A stretch of DNA of 64,000 bases from the human T2T-CHM13v2.0 reference genome, Homo sapiens. The notes beneath the pieces are model-generated. The model worked only from the letters and a program-made list of their open reading frames with translations, ran no database searches and was not told where the DNA came from. Of the stretch, positions 14,598 to 31,787 are shown one piece after another (the stretch's first letter is position 1; each line of letters begins with the position of its first letter). Both the position numbers and the translations under genes were made by a program. The stretch lies in the NCBI RefSeq assembly GCF_009914755.1, contig NC_060932.1, one strand, 5' to 3'.

Positions 14598-15415
14598 TGA
14601 TTTTTGTTTATTTGTTTAGGGAACAAATATTTATTGAATACTACTATGTCCCAGGCACCAGAAAAATAAGACAGGCATAATTCTCTACCCTCGTAAAATT
14701 TATAGCCTAGATGATAAATTAATTTGATAGAGTTCAAATTTCTGAGATGAGCACGATTTCATTTTAAATTATTTATATTCTTGGATGGGGACTACTTCTC
14801 CCTCCCTAGCCCTGCCCCTGAAATAGTTCTTTATTAGTCATCTCTGCCCTAGTACAACTGCCTTCATCCTAAAACAGAGCTTTGTCTCCTTACGCTTGAA
14901 AATTGCAACAGTACCCTAACACCCCTCTCAGATCCAATCTACAAACTAGTACCCTATTAATCTTCCTAAAGCATCAAATTCACGAGAGAAAATTCTCCAG
15001 AGACCCTCCATTGCTTAAAGCAGTGATTTTCAAGCTTGCTTTATGAAAGCAAAAAACTGTTTCTTCAAAAGCAAAAAAGGTTATTATACAAAGTCACAAT
15101 GTATTAAATAGACAAACTAGTGCTGTGCTGTAGAAGTGAGGGACACCCAGAATCTCATCCCCTCCCCAACCCCATTCCTACTTCACTTCCCAACACACCC
15201 ACTTCCTGAGGAGTGGTAGAGTTCAACTGGTGCCTTCACTTCACATAGTTTCACAAACAGTAGCCTTGTCATAGGGTAAAATTAAAAATTTCCACTTGTC
15301 ATTCTATTACCTGCCTCTGTTATCTGCCCACATTCTTGATTTGACCAAGTCCAGCCTCCCCACTACCCTTCAAACATACACACTCAAGTCTTTGCCTAGG
15401 CTATTACTTGCATCA

Positions 15416-15790
<375 letters not shown>

Positions 15791-15998
15791 CTATGCAAAA
15801 CAGATACACCTCCACTAGAAACCTGAAAACAACATGGAACACACACTCCCAGCATCCACATAGCAGGCATGACCAATCGATCCCAATCCATCAGTCTCAC
15901 TTCCTCTGAGTTTGGTAGCTCCACAGTTTGTTTCCATGCATCACATCAGTCAACCACTATCAATCCTATTATTTAACACGCAAAAGAAATGTCTTTTT

Positions 15999-16343
<345 letters not shown>

Positions 16344-18062
16344 AGTCTTTTTATCCTCTGCAGTAAATACAGCCCTTATTCCATCATTTTATGGATTCAC
16401 ATTGGCACTTAATTATAAAAGAGTCTGATGTGTGTGATTCCTTAGTTCAATTATAAATGACTGGAGGCTAAGGCCTGTATTTTCTCTTCTTTCCCCTGGA
16501 TTTTTGGCTAAGCTGTAGCCTCTTAGCAGGTATTAAATAAATACATACATAATGAATAAATGTTGACAACTATTAATTTGTGTCTTCTAAAGCATACTGA
16601 TATGATCACCACACCATATCAAAACACGAGACAGCCCCTTACAGCTTGAATAACTACTTTAGGAATCAAGAAATCAGAGCTCTTCTGCCCCAGGAGCACT
16701 GCTAACTAGTCATGTGGTCCTTTTATCTTCTGGGCCTCGGTTTTCCTCACCTGTAAGAAGGAACTTGATTATATTATTTCTGAGGGTCAATATTAGGGAT
16801 GTTCTTCAGGTTTGCTAGGAGAAGAAGCACTCAGATTACCAGGTTGCCTGTGGGAGTGGAGTTCATCCTCCATGTCCCTAGCTGTATTCTGAGTTCCTGG
16901 ACTTCCCAGTCATGGCCTGATGCCGGACCTTATGGAGAACTGGCACAACATTTCCTGCCATGGAGTGTGACTACCCTTCTCTGTGTGAAAGCATCATCAG
17001 TTTATTCCTGTCAAACAGACTCTGTCGGTCGGGTAGAGTTTCACAACAAACTCTGTTGAGGCTTTTAACCTCCTGCATACCTGGCTTCCCATGATTGTCT
17101 TTGCCTAGGACACCCTGGTCTAATCAGCTAGGGCCAAAACAATAGGGTCAGTTTCACTCAGGGAATAGTCAAGCCACTTTATGTAGGGAATAACTGATTT
17201 GGGTCATCATTCTCAGAAAAGGGGGCTGTAGGTGTGGCATAACCTACAGCTCCATAAACTCTTTTCTCTCTCTTTCTAAAATGTTTTATGAGAATTAACC
17301 AAATACTGACAATCAATATAAAGAGCATTAAGAAATGTGCAGCATGAATGAAAGATTACATTATTCACTTAGCAGTAATTTAATCTTTCTGCACAGTAGA
17401 AACGCATACAGAAAGACCTAGAGAAGAGGCTAACTCACAAATGGCAGGAAACCAACTCCCCAAAAGACTTTTTGGGATCCAGAGATCTTAAACATAATGT
17501 AGTGTTCCTCCAGTATTTAAAACGAAAGAAATATTTTTAAGAGTACACAGGGAGTAAAAGTGTTTTATAACCTTCTGACATGTAGCTAATTCAAACACAG
17601 CCTGCCTGGTACGTGCTCGGCCACAGCCAGTAACAAAATCTCCAGCCTGTGGACCAATCCCCAGTCCCCTCTCCTAGGATCCAGACACAAGTGTGCTTTC
17701 CAGAATGGGTTGGAGTGTGCTAGCCCACACATCTCACTTAAGCAGAGAAATCAGGGGCTGACCCTTGAGTCCAAGGCCTTTGGCAATGGATACACTTTTA
17801 TAAATAGAAAGAAACAAAATATGGCACTATGTTTTCAACTATCATTTCAAAAGCAGATTTAAGAATGTCAGGATCATTACTGTTACACCCAGAAGATAGC
17901 ACAGAAGATGCCACAGGATCACCCAGGCAGCATTTCATGGGGAAAGGAGCCTAGACTTGGCTTTCATACAGCCCTAGGATTGAATTCCTATTTTGCCTTC
18001 CCCAGTTTGCAAAATTTTTTGCAAAGTGCTTAATATTAATAGTAGTTACCATTCATCAAGCA

Positions 18063-18401
18063 CAGTAGGCCCTCCTTATCCATGGGTTCCACATATCTGG
18101 ATTCAACCAACCTCAGATCAAAAATATCTGGAAAAAAATTGTATCTATACTGAATATGCACAGACTTTTTTTCTTGTTGTGATTTCCTAAACAATACATT
18201 ATATTAATAACAATGATTTATATAGCATTTATAGTGTATTGGGTATTACAAGTAATCTAGAGATGATTTAAAGTATGGGAAGATATGCATAGGTTAAATG
18301 CAAATATGACACCATTTTGTATCAGGGACTTGAGCATCCTTGCATTTTAGTATCCATGGGGAGTCCTGGGACCAATTTCCCATGGGTGCTGGGGGATAAC
18401 T
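18063..18401 (-). mobile_element. MER2/Tigger3-family DNA transposon, near full length
   Basis: cagtaggccctccttatccatgggttccaca...gtcctgggaccaat...ggataactg(ta). Confidence 0.8.
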
Positions 18402-18737
18402 GTACTTTATTCTGTGCCAAGGGCATGATATGCATAATGATATTTACTCTTTACAAGAACCCTGGGAGGTAAAAATTATTGGGTCTCTGAGATAGTAACC
18501 TTCCCATAGCCAGTTAACGTGTAGGAGGGAAGCCAAGATTCAAAGCCAGGTCTGAAGCTCCTTACTGCCTTTCCTATTCATCCTCTCTGAGACTTCATTT
18601 CCTCATTTATAGAATAGCTATAATAACACCTCCCTTAGAAAACTGTAGGGAGATTTCCATTTTGTTTTATTGTAAACATGCCTGGAACATAGTGATTGCT
18701 TAATAACTGTTGGCTAGTAATATAAATGTATACATGA

Positions 18738-19103
<366 letters not shown>

Positions 19104-19370
19104 TTCAGTCTGCTTTTTAAAAACATTTTTTTAAGAAGTCTAATTGAACATTACCACAAGCACAAAATGTAGAATTATATGAAATCGCCCCACATCCAAT
19201 CACACATATATAGTTTCCCCTCCCCAGCTTTAGTGAGGTATAAGTGACAAAAATTGTATATATTTACAGTATACAACTTGATATTTTGATATATGTATAC
19301 ATTACACATAGTTTTTTGTATATTTTCTTCTGCTGTTTTCCCACGTGTCTTTTTTTAAAGATTGTTATAG

Positions 19371-19684
<314 letters not shown>

Positions 19685-19869
19685 TATAGTTTTATATTAT
19701 ATTTTTTCACTTAGCATTATCATAAATATGAATATCATAAATAATATGAATACTATGCTACATCCTATTTATGCTTAGCATCTTTAATCACAAAATCAGT
19801 GAACCATTCTGGAATATTTTTTTCTCCTTTGGATGAGTTTGGGCCCTGTGTGAGAGAAATCTAGAATAG

Positions 19870-20020
19870 AATCCTCAGCTCCACCACTTATCACCACATG
19901 ACTTTAGGAAAGTTCTTAACTCTCTAAGCCTCTGTTTACTTACTTGTAAAATAGGGATAATGATTCCTACATCAGAGGATTATTGTGAAGATTAAGTGAG
20001 GTAACACTTGTAAAGCCCCT
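19870..20020 (+). mobile_element. MIR
   Basis: cttaactctctaagcctctgttt...tgtaaaatagggataatga..cctac.tcagagg.ttattgtgaagattaa core. Confidence 0.75.
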
Positions 20021-20639
20021 ATGCTTTTACTATTCACAATAAGCTTTTATTAACTCTAGCTATTCTTAACTAGAGGCTTCTCCTTCCCCCATCCAAACAG
20101 CATTACTTCACATTTTCTGTTAATCAATGGCTTTAGAGAAATATGCTTAGAGATTACATTGGTTTAAGAGAGGGAGAGGTGAAAGGGGAGAGAAAAAGAA
20201 AGCCTGGGAGCGGGAAGGCTCTGCTAGGCTCTCTGACTGCACACCACACCTGCCTTAGACCTTTTCTTGCAACTCTTGCAACTGCAGGAGCAGCAGGGGT
20301 TCCCAGGCTGAAATTCCATTCTCAGGTAGCTCACAGGGCAGATCTGGTCACTGCTGGGATGTGTGGGCTGTGCCCACCTGCTCCCTCAGGCAGCCTCATT
20401 CCACACTGGCTCCCTTGGGATGACCGAAGCCTCTGTGGCCTGGGATAGAGGCAGCTGGGGAGGTCAGGGCAGCTTTCTGTGTTCCGTGAGAGCTTCTCAG
20501 TTGTCTGAAATCCTCAGCCTTCAAAGTAGAGCTGATCCCTACCCAGAAATGTGAAACTGCTGTGAGTCAAATAAATCATTAATAGGCAAGCTGGGAAAGA
20601 ATGGGCAGTAAAGAAGACAAAGGGTCAATCCTAACCCTC

Positions 20640-21850
20640 CTCAGAAGGACGGACTTCACATGTGCCCTCTACTTCCTTACTCCATTGCCTGCAACACACA
20701 AGATGCTTTTTGCTGCCCAGGAAGTCTCCAGAAACATTCCACACAATTGAGCACTCCCTGGTTCTGGAAACACTCTATTCTCTTGGCTGCCATGATGTCA
20801 TCCTCTCCCGCGCTTTCTTCTGCTTTTCTGGATGTTCCATCTCTCCCTCCTTCGTCTGCCATTTCTCCTCTACTTGACCTCTAAATGTCAGAGCTCCTTA
20901 CGGGATGGCTTTAAGTTCTGTCCTCTTTATGAACTTTCCATCTCCCTAGATGACCTCATCCATTTCCATGATTTGAAATATCTAATTCTAAATTTTTATC
21001 TCCAGCTCAGACTTTTCTGAGCTCTAGACCTATTTGTCCAATACCATGGATACACACATCTCCACTTAAATGTCTCTAAGATCTTTTGTAACTTAACATT
21101 TCTGAAACTCTTGATCTTAACACCCCAATACACATTCCCCCAAAGTGTCCCTTCATTCAGTGCTACTCTCCTAGTAAATCTCAGCGATTCCTATCTGCTC
21201 AGTAGTTCAAGCATACCTGAGACCTAGAAGTCATCTTTGATTCATCCTCTTCCCTCACCACGCCCATCCAGTTGATCACAAATCTCTCTCAATTCCTCCT
21301 CTACAATATTTCTTGTGTCTTCCCACTGTCACCGTCCTGGCCCAAGCCTTCTCTTCTGATAGCTAGCTAGCTAATCACCCTGAGCCCTCCATATGGAAAC
21401 CAGGGATCATTTAAAAACATAGTAAATGGGGTCATGTCACTATCCTACACAAAAATACTTCAATGGCTTCCCATTGCACTTAATAATAGCCAATGTGTCA
21501 GGCACTTTGCAGAGATTATCATGCATTACACAGGTGCATTATCTTAGTCTTCACAACCCTGTGATTACCATCCTATTTTACAGATAAGGAAACTGAGGAC
21601 TGGAGAAATTAATTTGCCCAAATTGACAACTAGAACAGTGTAGAGTTAAGATTTGAACTCAGTCAGTCTGACTCCAAAACCCAAGCCTCTCAATCACCAC
21701 TGTCCTGCCTTTCACTTAAGACAAAACCCAAATTCCCTAACATAACCTAAAAGACTCTGGCTTCTACCGCCTCTTTAGCACCATCTCCTTCTGCATCTCC
21801 ATCTTTCAGTGTGTTCTAGCCATGCGGGTCTCCTTTCAGTGACTCTAATA
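20640..21850 (+). mobile_element. L2 with an embedded antisense MIR (about 21480-21710)
   Basis: L2 text (ctcatccatttccatg...tccagc.cagac...gtcatctttgattc.tc) and MIR core tttacagataaggaaactgagg. Confidence 0.7.
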
Positions 21851-22210
21851 CCCTAAGGGGCCATGAAAATTATGTTTACTACAATTTCATTATAGCACAG
21901 GGAAATGGCTAGGATATGACATTGAATGCACTAAATGAAAACACATAATTGCTTATATCATATATGCCTGAATATGAGCAACTTTGACTATTATACAGTC
22001 CCAAGTTATCCTGATGAAAATATTAAAACAATTGAGTTTTTATGGGCAGGTGATAGAAAACTTGAATAAACTTTTAGCAATGGGGATGATTTTTTTTTCT
22101 AATGAATCCCAGAAGAGAATGCTCTTTTTAGTAGTCAAATCCCAGAAGAAAATGCTATTTTTTAGTATGTTTAACTGAAAAAGCTTATATTTCCACTTCA
22201 ATTTAGGAAG

Positions 22211-22270
22211 TTCTTCTTCTTCTTCTTCTTCTTCTTCTTCTTCTTCTTCTTCTTCTTCTTCTTCTTCTTC
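22211..22270 (-). repeat. (GAA)20 trinucleotide repeat in an Alu tail
   Basis: 60 nt of perfect (TTC)20 on +, followed by T13 and an antisense Alu. Confidence 0.97.
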
Positions 22271-22415
22271 TTTTTTTTTTTTTAAGTGGGGCCTTGCTCT
22301 GTCACTCAGGCTGGAGTGCAGTGACACAATAGCAGCCCAACTGCTGGGTTCAAGTGATCCTCTAGCCTCAGCCTTCCAAACACTGCATTACAGATGTGAA
22401 CCACTGTGCCTGGCC
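22271..22415 (-). mobile_element. Internally deleted Alu / monomer
   Basis: ccttgctctgtcactcaggctggagtgcagtg...tgtgaaccactgtgcctggcc. Confidence 0.8.
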
Positions 22416-22708
22416 TTAGGCAATTATTTTTGACAGAAGGTATGGAAACTAATGTTGCATTATAAAGTCCTCATCAAATATCTCATACTTAAGCAAAGAC
22501 CCCAAATCATAGTTTGTAGATTTACTGCAGCTTTCATTCAAAATACGTTTTTTATCATCTGTCACACAGGAAAACCCTGATACCTGATATCTTCCTATCA
22601 GCCTAAAGAAATAAGAAACACAATAGGACAGTGATTATACTTTTAAATATTAGGGAGTTTAGAGCCCCAGATATTCTATATGCAGACCACTATGCTCATG
22701 TTTATGTC

Positions 22709-24450
22709 TTTTTTTTCTTAAGTGTTAGAAATGTTTATTTGTCAAAAAATTATTTAAAAATGGGAGGAGTGGAGTAAAACAAGGCTAAATTTCAGCTAAT
22801 GCTGTACCACGATCACAGGTCAGATATAAAAAAACAAACAACACAACCCCCAATGGTCCTAGCAATTTCAGAAGATTAACTTCAATGTTAGAGTCCAGAA
22901 CTAACAGAGAAGAGTAAAAGGCTGCTTGCCACTACATGGTCATTTGAAAGAGAAAGGAGATGCTGCAGGTAGGCAGGGAGAAGTATTCAACTCCTAGGGA
23001 AAGCAAGATAAGAGGGGTTCCACTGCACAGGAAAAAGGGGATGCCAGCATAATCCTTACCTAGGGCTGTTCAGAGGCTGAGAATATAAGGAACAGAGTAA
23101 AAAAGGCTACAGAGACTAGTATCAGGAGGAAAGAAAAGTCAACTTAGAAGAATTAAATTAAGAAAGAAAACATAGTTGGTCACAAACTCCTTTTGTTTAC
23201 TGAAACGTGAAGCAATGGAAACATCCTGGCAAAGGGGACCGCACGGAGCAAGTTCTCATATATGCCCGCAGCCCGAGGGTTCAGTCAGCAATTATTCTAC
23301 CTCCAGTTTTTAAAAGGCTGAGTACCAGGCTCGGTCCATATAGTGCTCCCGTTCATACCGGGCCATGTCGTGTAGAGAATTCCGTGTAGCTGCTGAAGCC
23401 TGAAATAACTCACTCTCTGGCCCATAACCGTAGCCCTCTCCAACTGTGGGGAGCATGGCTGCAGCATGACGCGGTTCCACAATAGGAGGAAGTGGTGGCC
23501 GGAGCGGCAGCCATAGTAGCTGAAGTGGCAGCAGCACAAGAACTTGGCAATAGGTATCTGTCTTAGGGATTAGCAGAAGTAGAGTTGAGGTGGCTGGTCA
23601 CAGTTGTACTTTGGACTTGAGGCAGATGGGACATGGTCTGCTCTGCCTAGTTACATGCAGAAGCTGCTGCCGCTGCTGCTACTGCCTCGTAAGAGCAGAC
23701 CCAGTATCGCTTATAGTAGTGGAGTGCTGCATATGCATCGTTGTAATACCTGGATTCCCCATAGCCCATGGTGTAAGGCGTGTGAACTGCTGCATATTGT
23801 TCATTACACTGCTCAGTAAAGTCTGCCACACGACCCGTACGATCTACTGGGCACTCTTTGGACCAGTGACCTTCTTTCTTACACTGATAGCAGCCACACT
23901 GGTCTCCCATTCCAGGGGCAGTCCGAAGTCGGGCTTGTGGACAACTACACATGCATTATCTTGCCTTGAAACTCTGTGTTGTCAAGGCCCCTGACGGTCT
24001 CACTGCGTCCTCTGACCACTCCATGTGTATGAAGTGTATGAGGACATAATCTTTCACGATGTCACATTCAATGACTGGACCATACTTCTCAAACTTGGCT
24101 TGAAGCTCTTGGTTGGTACAAGTGGGACTGATGTTACCCACGTGTAACTTGGTTGACGCTTTGCTCTTATTCTTGCTGGCTTCCACGTTGATGTTCACCC
24201 CATGAAGCTTGTAATGATGCAAGTTGTGTATGGTATCCTCAGCCGCCGTCTTGTCTTCTATGTGTACAAAGCCGTAGTTCTTAATGATGTCACATTCCAG
24301 CACCTTCCCTACTGCTTGAAAAGAGAGCGGATCTCCTGCTCTGTGGCCTCCTGGGGCAGGTTTCTGATGAACAGCTTCATCATCCGGACAAGCACCTCTG
24401 GGTGGCAGCGGCGGAGGTAGCTCCTGCGTCAGAGAGAACCCTACAAAATC
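22709..24450 (-). pseudogene. RBM4B processed pseudogene (full-length retrocopy: 5' UTR, RRM1-RRM2-CCHC-Ala-rich CDS 24383-23310, 3' UTR, polyA)
   Basis: Intronless. Translations show RBM4B- rather than RBM4A-type residues ([56 protein letters not shown]...YSAF*). TAG at codon 25 (24311-24309), frameshifts, AATAAA at 22739-22734 and a short polyA remnant. Confidence 0.95.
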
Positions 24451-24458
24451 GTTTGTCT

Positions 24459-24845
24459 TGATAAAAGAAAAACTTCAGCCGAATTAAATTTAAAAGAGTT
24501 TAATTGAGCAACGAACGATTCACAAATTCGGAGCCAGAGTAGGATCAGAGAATCCAGCGCAGCCACATGGTAGAAGGAGATTTATGGACAGAAAAAGGAA
24601 AGTGATGTGCAGAAAACGGAAGTGAGGTACAGAAACAGCCAGATTGGTTACAGCTCAGCTTTTGCCTTATTTGAACACAGTTCAAAGAGTTGGCTACATG
24701 TGATTGGTCAAAACTCAGAGATTGGCACACGTGTGGGCTACGGTCTGTTTACACCTCCACTTGTTATAGTTCATTATGCACGGAGAAACCTAGGCCAAAA
24801 TTAAAATATGTAAGGAGGCAGCTTTAGGCTAAACTTGATTTAACA
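24459..24845 (-). mobile_element. MER57A-type ERV1 solo LTR
   Basis: Reverse strand reads TGTTAAATCAAGTTTAGCCTAAAGCTGCCTCCTTACATATT...GAAGTTTTTCTTTTATCA; imperfect 4-bp TSD gtct/atct. Confidence 0.85.
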
Positions 24846-24967
24846 ATCTTAATAAGATCCCTGTCCAAAGGCTCACATTTCTATAGAAGCTACAGTTTTT
24901 CAATTCCAAGGATAGGTAAAAACAGGGCAGCACCATGATCTATAAAATCTAGAGTTATGGCTCAGAG

Positions 24968-25232
24968 TTAGGGCCGTTTCTTGGTGACATTGTGATGGTT
25001 TAGCTGGTCTACAACAAATCTATGAGGGCAGAACTTGGAAGTGTTGACTGCCTTCACGGCATGGAAGGCCTCAGCCCTGTGCACCACAGCGTGGTTGTGC
25101 TCCTGCCCCGTGGTCAGATAGGACACGCTTGTTCAGTAGTAGTTCTCATGGTCTGCAGCGCGGCCGCCAGTGCTTCCAGATCCACTGCCTTCCAGGAATG
25201 CCACAGCAACAGAGGAGGGCAGTCAGGAACTT
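24968..25232 (-). pseudogene. MRPL57P7: MRPL57 (MRP63) processed pseudogene
   Basis: Manual translation KFLTALLCCCGIPGRQWIWKHWRPR...[58 protein letters not shown] matches MRPL57. Start lost (AAG), internal frameshifting deletion, premature TGA. The P7 number is from memory. Confidence 0.9.
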
Positions 25233-25457
25233 GGAGCCTGGGGCTGCACTCATCAGACAGCCAAGTCGTTTTGGCCACTGATGCAAAGATGAAATGTTTA
25301 ACTATCTTCTTACAATATTTAACTTGGTAATTTAGTTTAAAATGCATATACAAAATTGCAAGTATTAAAAAATGTTATTTTTAAAAATTGCCTTTTCCCA
25401 CTCACACATTTCATGAAAACATTTTATTCAAACTTTTTAAAGGCATGTTTCATGTCA

Positions 25458-25890
<433 letters not shown>

Positions 25891-25944
25891 ATTTATTACA
25901 GAAAATTTCAAACACAAATAGAAGTATATAGAAATCTCAAAAAA

Positions 25945-27911
<1,967 letters not shown>

Positions 27912-28054
27912 TTATTTGTGATATACTACTTTTTATTTTATACAGGCTCCTGGCCGTGGAATTTTTATTATAAGCTACAACCAACCAGTTATAAACTATC
28001 AGGATAGTTGACCTTTTTTTCAGTAGATAATCATATTTTATCGACAGATGTTGA

Positions 28055-28925
28055 ATTTTTGAGATAGAATTCACATACCACGCAACTCACAAACGTAAAG
28101 TGTACAATCCAATGTTTTTTAGTATATTCACAGATATATGTAACCATCACCACAATCAGCTTTAAAACATTTTCATCACTTCAAAAAGAAATCTCCGTAA
28201 TCTTTAACTACCACCTCCTTATCTACCCATCCCCTCCCCCAGGCCCAAGTAACCTATGATCTAATTTCTGATCTGTAGAGTTCCCTCTTCTGGACTTTCA
28301 TACAAATTGAATCATATATTATGTGGTCCTTTGTGACTGGCTTCTTTCACTTGGCATGATATGTTCAAGGGTTATCCATGTTGCAGCGTGTATCAGTACT
28401 TCATTTCTTTCTACAGCCAAATAATATTCCACTGTATAAATATACAACATCTTGTTTATCCATTCATCAGTTGATAAATGTTTGGGTTGTTTCCAGCTTT
28501 TGGCTATTATGAATATAGTTGCTATAAACATTCATGTTCATATTTCTATGTGGACATATGTTTTCATTTTGCTTGGGCATATACCTGGAGTAGAATATGG
28601 TAATACTATGTTTAATCATTTGAGGAACTGCCAGACTTTTTTTCAAAGCAGCTGTACCATTTTACATTCCCACTAGCAGTGTATGAGAATTGTGATTTCT
28701 CCACATCCTCACCAATATTCATGGTTATCTGACTTTTTGTTTCCAGCCAACCTAGTGGGTATGAAGTAGTATCTTATTGTAGTTTTGATTTGTCCTTCTG
28801 TGACTTATAATGCTAAGCATCTCTTCATGTGTTTATTGGTCTCTTGTACAGCTTTCTTGGAGAAATGTCTATTCAGATCCTTTTCCCATTTTTAATTGGA
28901 TAATTTGTCTTTTTTATTGAGTTGT
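28055..28925 (-). mobile_element. L1MB 3' region
   Basis: Antisense L1 ORF2-end/3' UTR; translation MFIATIFIIAKSWKQPKHLSTDEWINKM matches the L1 ORF2 C-terminus. Confidence 0.9.
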
Positions 28926-30097
28926 AGGATAGATAATTTTTCTCATTTGCCACATAGGTATGTATTAATATAACCACTTATACTTTTTAAAGTAATTTTT
29001 TTAAACTTACTTTGAAAATGTAACCAGGACTTAAAGTTGTGTAGTAATAACCTCAGGATTAATTATTGACTCCATATTAAGTTTTTTAGTAACTTTTAAA
29101 TATTCCAGCAGATGAGCTCAATAAACGTGAAGAACTAACATTGGCTGAAGTTTTTTTCAAACTAACATGTCTTCCCTAAACAATAAGTTGTTATTCAAAA
29201 CAAAATATTGAGAAGGAAACTTCTATAGTGTGATCAACTTTGTAAGGACTTGAACATATGGTGACTCTTTTCTGAGGAATATTTTTACGAAAATCCTGTC
29301 TTTTATTGGATATATGTGGTACATTACAGAATTTACAACTGTGTTTTAAAATAAAGCCCATGTAGCCCGCATTATTGGATGACATTAGTCCCTGTGCATT
29401 ACTGCTGGGTTGTGGGAGATTGCAGTGTTAAATGACATCACACAGGAAGTGTTTAACACAGTCTACGACCTGCCTGTGAGAATATCCTTCTTCAACTTAG
29501 ACTCCAGAGGAAATGAGTCTTTCCACTGAAAGGTGTTAAACATGTCCCTCCCACGGTTACAGTGCTCAAGAGAAAACTGACTGGGCAGAGAGATTATAGC
29601 CCCAGGGAGAGCATAGGTGAATAGCCCACTCCAGCCAGCTTAGTGGTCAGCCATCGCACTTAGCAAGGGAAACAGAGCTGACACATCACATGGCTTCTGG
29701 TGAGGTCCATATATAGCAAGGCAACAGGCCACAAGCAGTTTTGTGGACTGCTGGAAGAAACACATGCTGGAAAAAGGTTACCACTAGTTCTTTGTGAGGA
29801 AGAACTAGGGTCTGGAGTCAGATGTCACTGTTCATTTTTTGTAGTTTGTTGCATGTAATCTTGTAAGCAAACTCTAGTTCTTTTCACAATGAGCGGATTG
29901 GTCGTTCTCAACAAATTATTGTCTTCCTCAAGTTCTAAATTTAAAAAGCTCTTTATGTATAGATAAATTAGGTAGACCACAACTAATTGTTAAGTCAAGA
30001 TTCTGTTTTTGCCATGATCAATAATACATCAGCAGCCTCCCTTACAAAATTACTAATGCAGCCACAAGGATGTATTACTCATATAAATATTGTATTG

Positions 30098-30416
<319 letters not shown>

Positions 30417-30808
30417 TAATGGAAATACACCAAAACAATCGTGTTAGTATATTTTGAATGGGGGCCTTATAATAAGAGTATTTATCCTACTTTTTTTCTA
30501 TTTTTCTAATTGTACATAATGGGAATTTTTTAAAAAATGAAAACTAATAAAATAAAAAATAAAGCTTATTCCTAAATGATTCAAATTTGTTAGTTTCTAT
30601 AGTAGTGCTTTCCACCCTTGAAATATTGACCAAAATAGATTACTTCCAGTCCAAATAATTAGGTTATAGAAAAACATTAAGAATTTGTCTATACAACATT
30701 ATATGTGTTGAGGTTTTACAGAACTAAGCCCTTTTTCCTCACCTGAGTTTAAGACCAACTGAGAGATAGACACAAGAGTCAGACAGTTGAAGATCAGAAC
30801 TTTATCTT

Positions 30809-31278
<470 letters not shown>

Positions 31279-31576
31279 CTAACAACACTATGCAGAGAAC
31301 AGACTAAAAAACATACTCTCTGCAGGCAGCCAGGCTAACAGGGAAGTGGAGTCCAAGAGGCTGAGTCATGCATGCCCAGTTCTTATGCCCAAACACCAGA
31401 GGTAGCGGGGGTAAAGAGAGACCAGGGATGTTACTTTAAGAAAAGAAGTCTTCCATTCAGAACTATAAGACCAAGGGAAATGAATAATCCTAACCCACCT
31501 GAAGCAATAATAAATGGTAAAAACTCCAGCCAGGTAACCAGGGCCATGTGATCCTAAGAAATAGTTTTGAGTGGTT

Positions 31577-31787
31577 GTGTTTTTTTTGTTTTTTGTTTTT
31601 TTGACAAAGTCTCACTGGTTGTGGTTTATTTGTTTGTTTGAGACAGGGTCTCACTCTGTCCCCCAGGCTGGAGTGCAGTGGCATGATCTTGCCTCATGCA
31701 GCCTCCACCTCCTGGGTTCAAGCAATTCTTGTGCCTCAGCCTCCCAAATATCTGGGATTACAGGCGTGAGCCACTACACACAGCCCA
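31577..31787 (-). mobile_element. Alu monomer/truncated Alu
   Basis: gagacagggtctcactctgtc...gattacaggcgtgagccac. Confidence 0.8.

Noticed and set aside
22040-22327. Poly-Glu ORF
   Set aside because: Alu tail plus (GAA)20 read-through.
23310-24383. Functional RBM4B retrogene
   Set aside because: Stop at codon 25, several frameshifts and further stops split the CDS; only non-coding function remains plausible.
25022-25353. 102-aa (+) and 79-aa (-) ORFs
   Set aside because: Antisense and off-frame readings of the decayed MRPL57 pseudogene.
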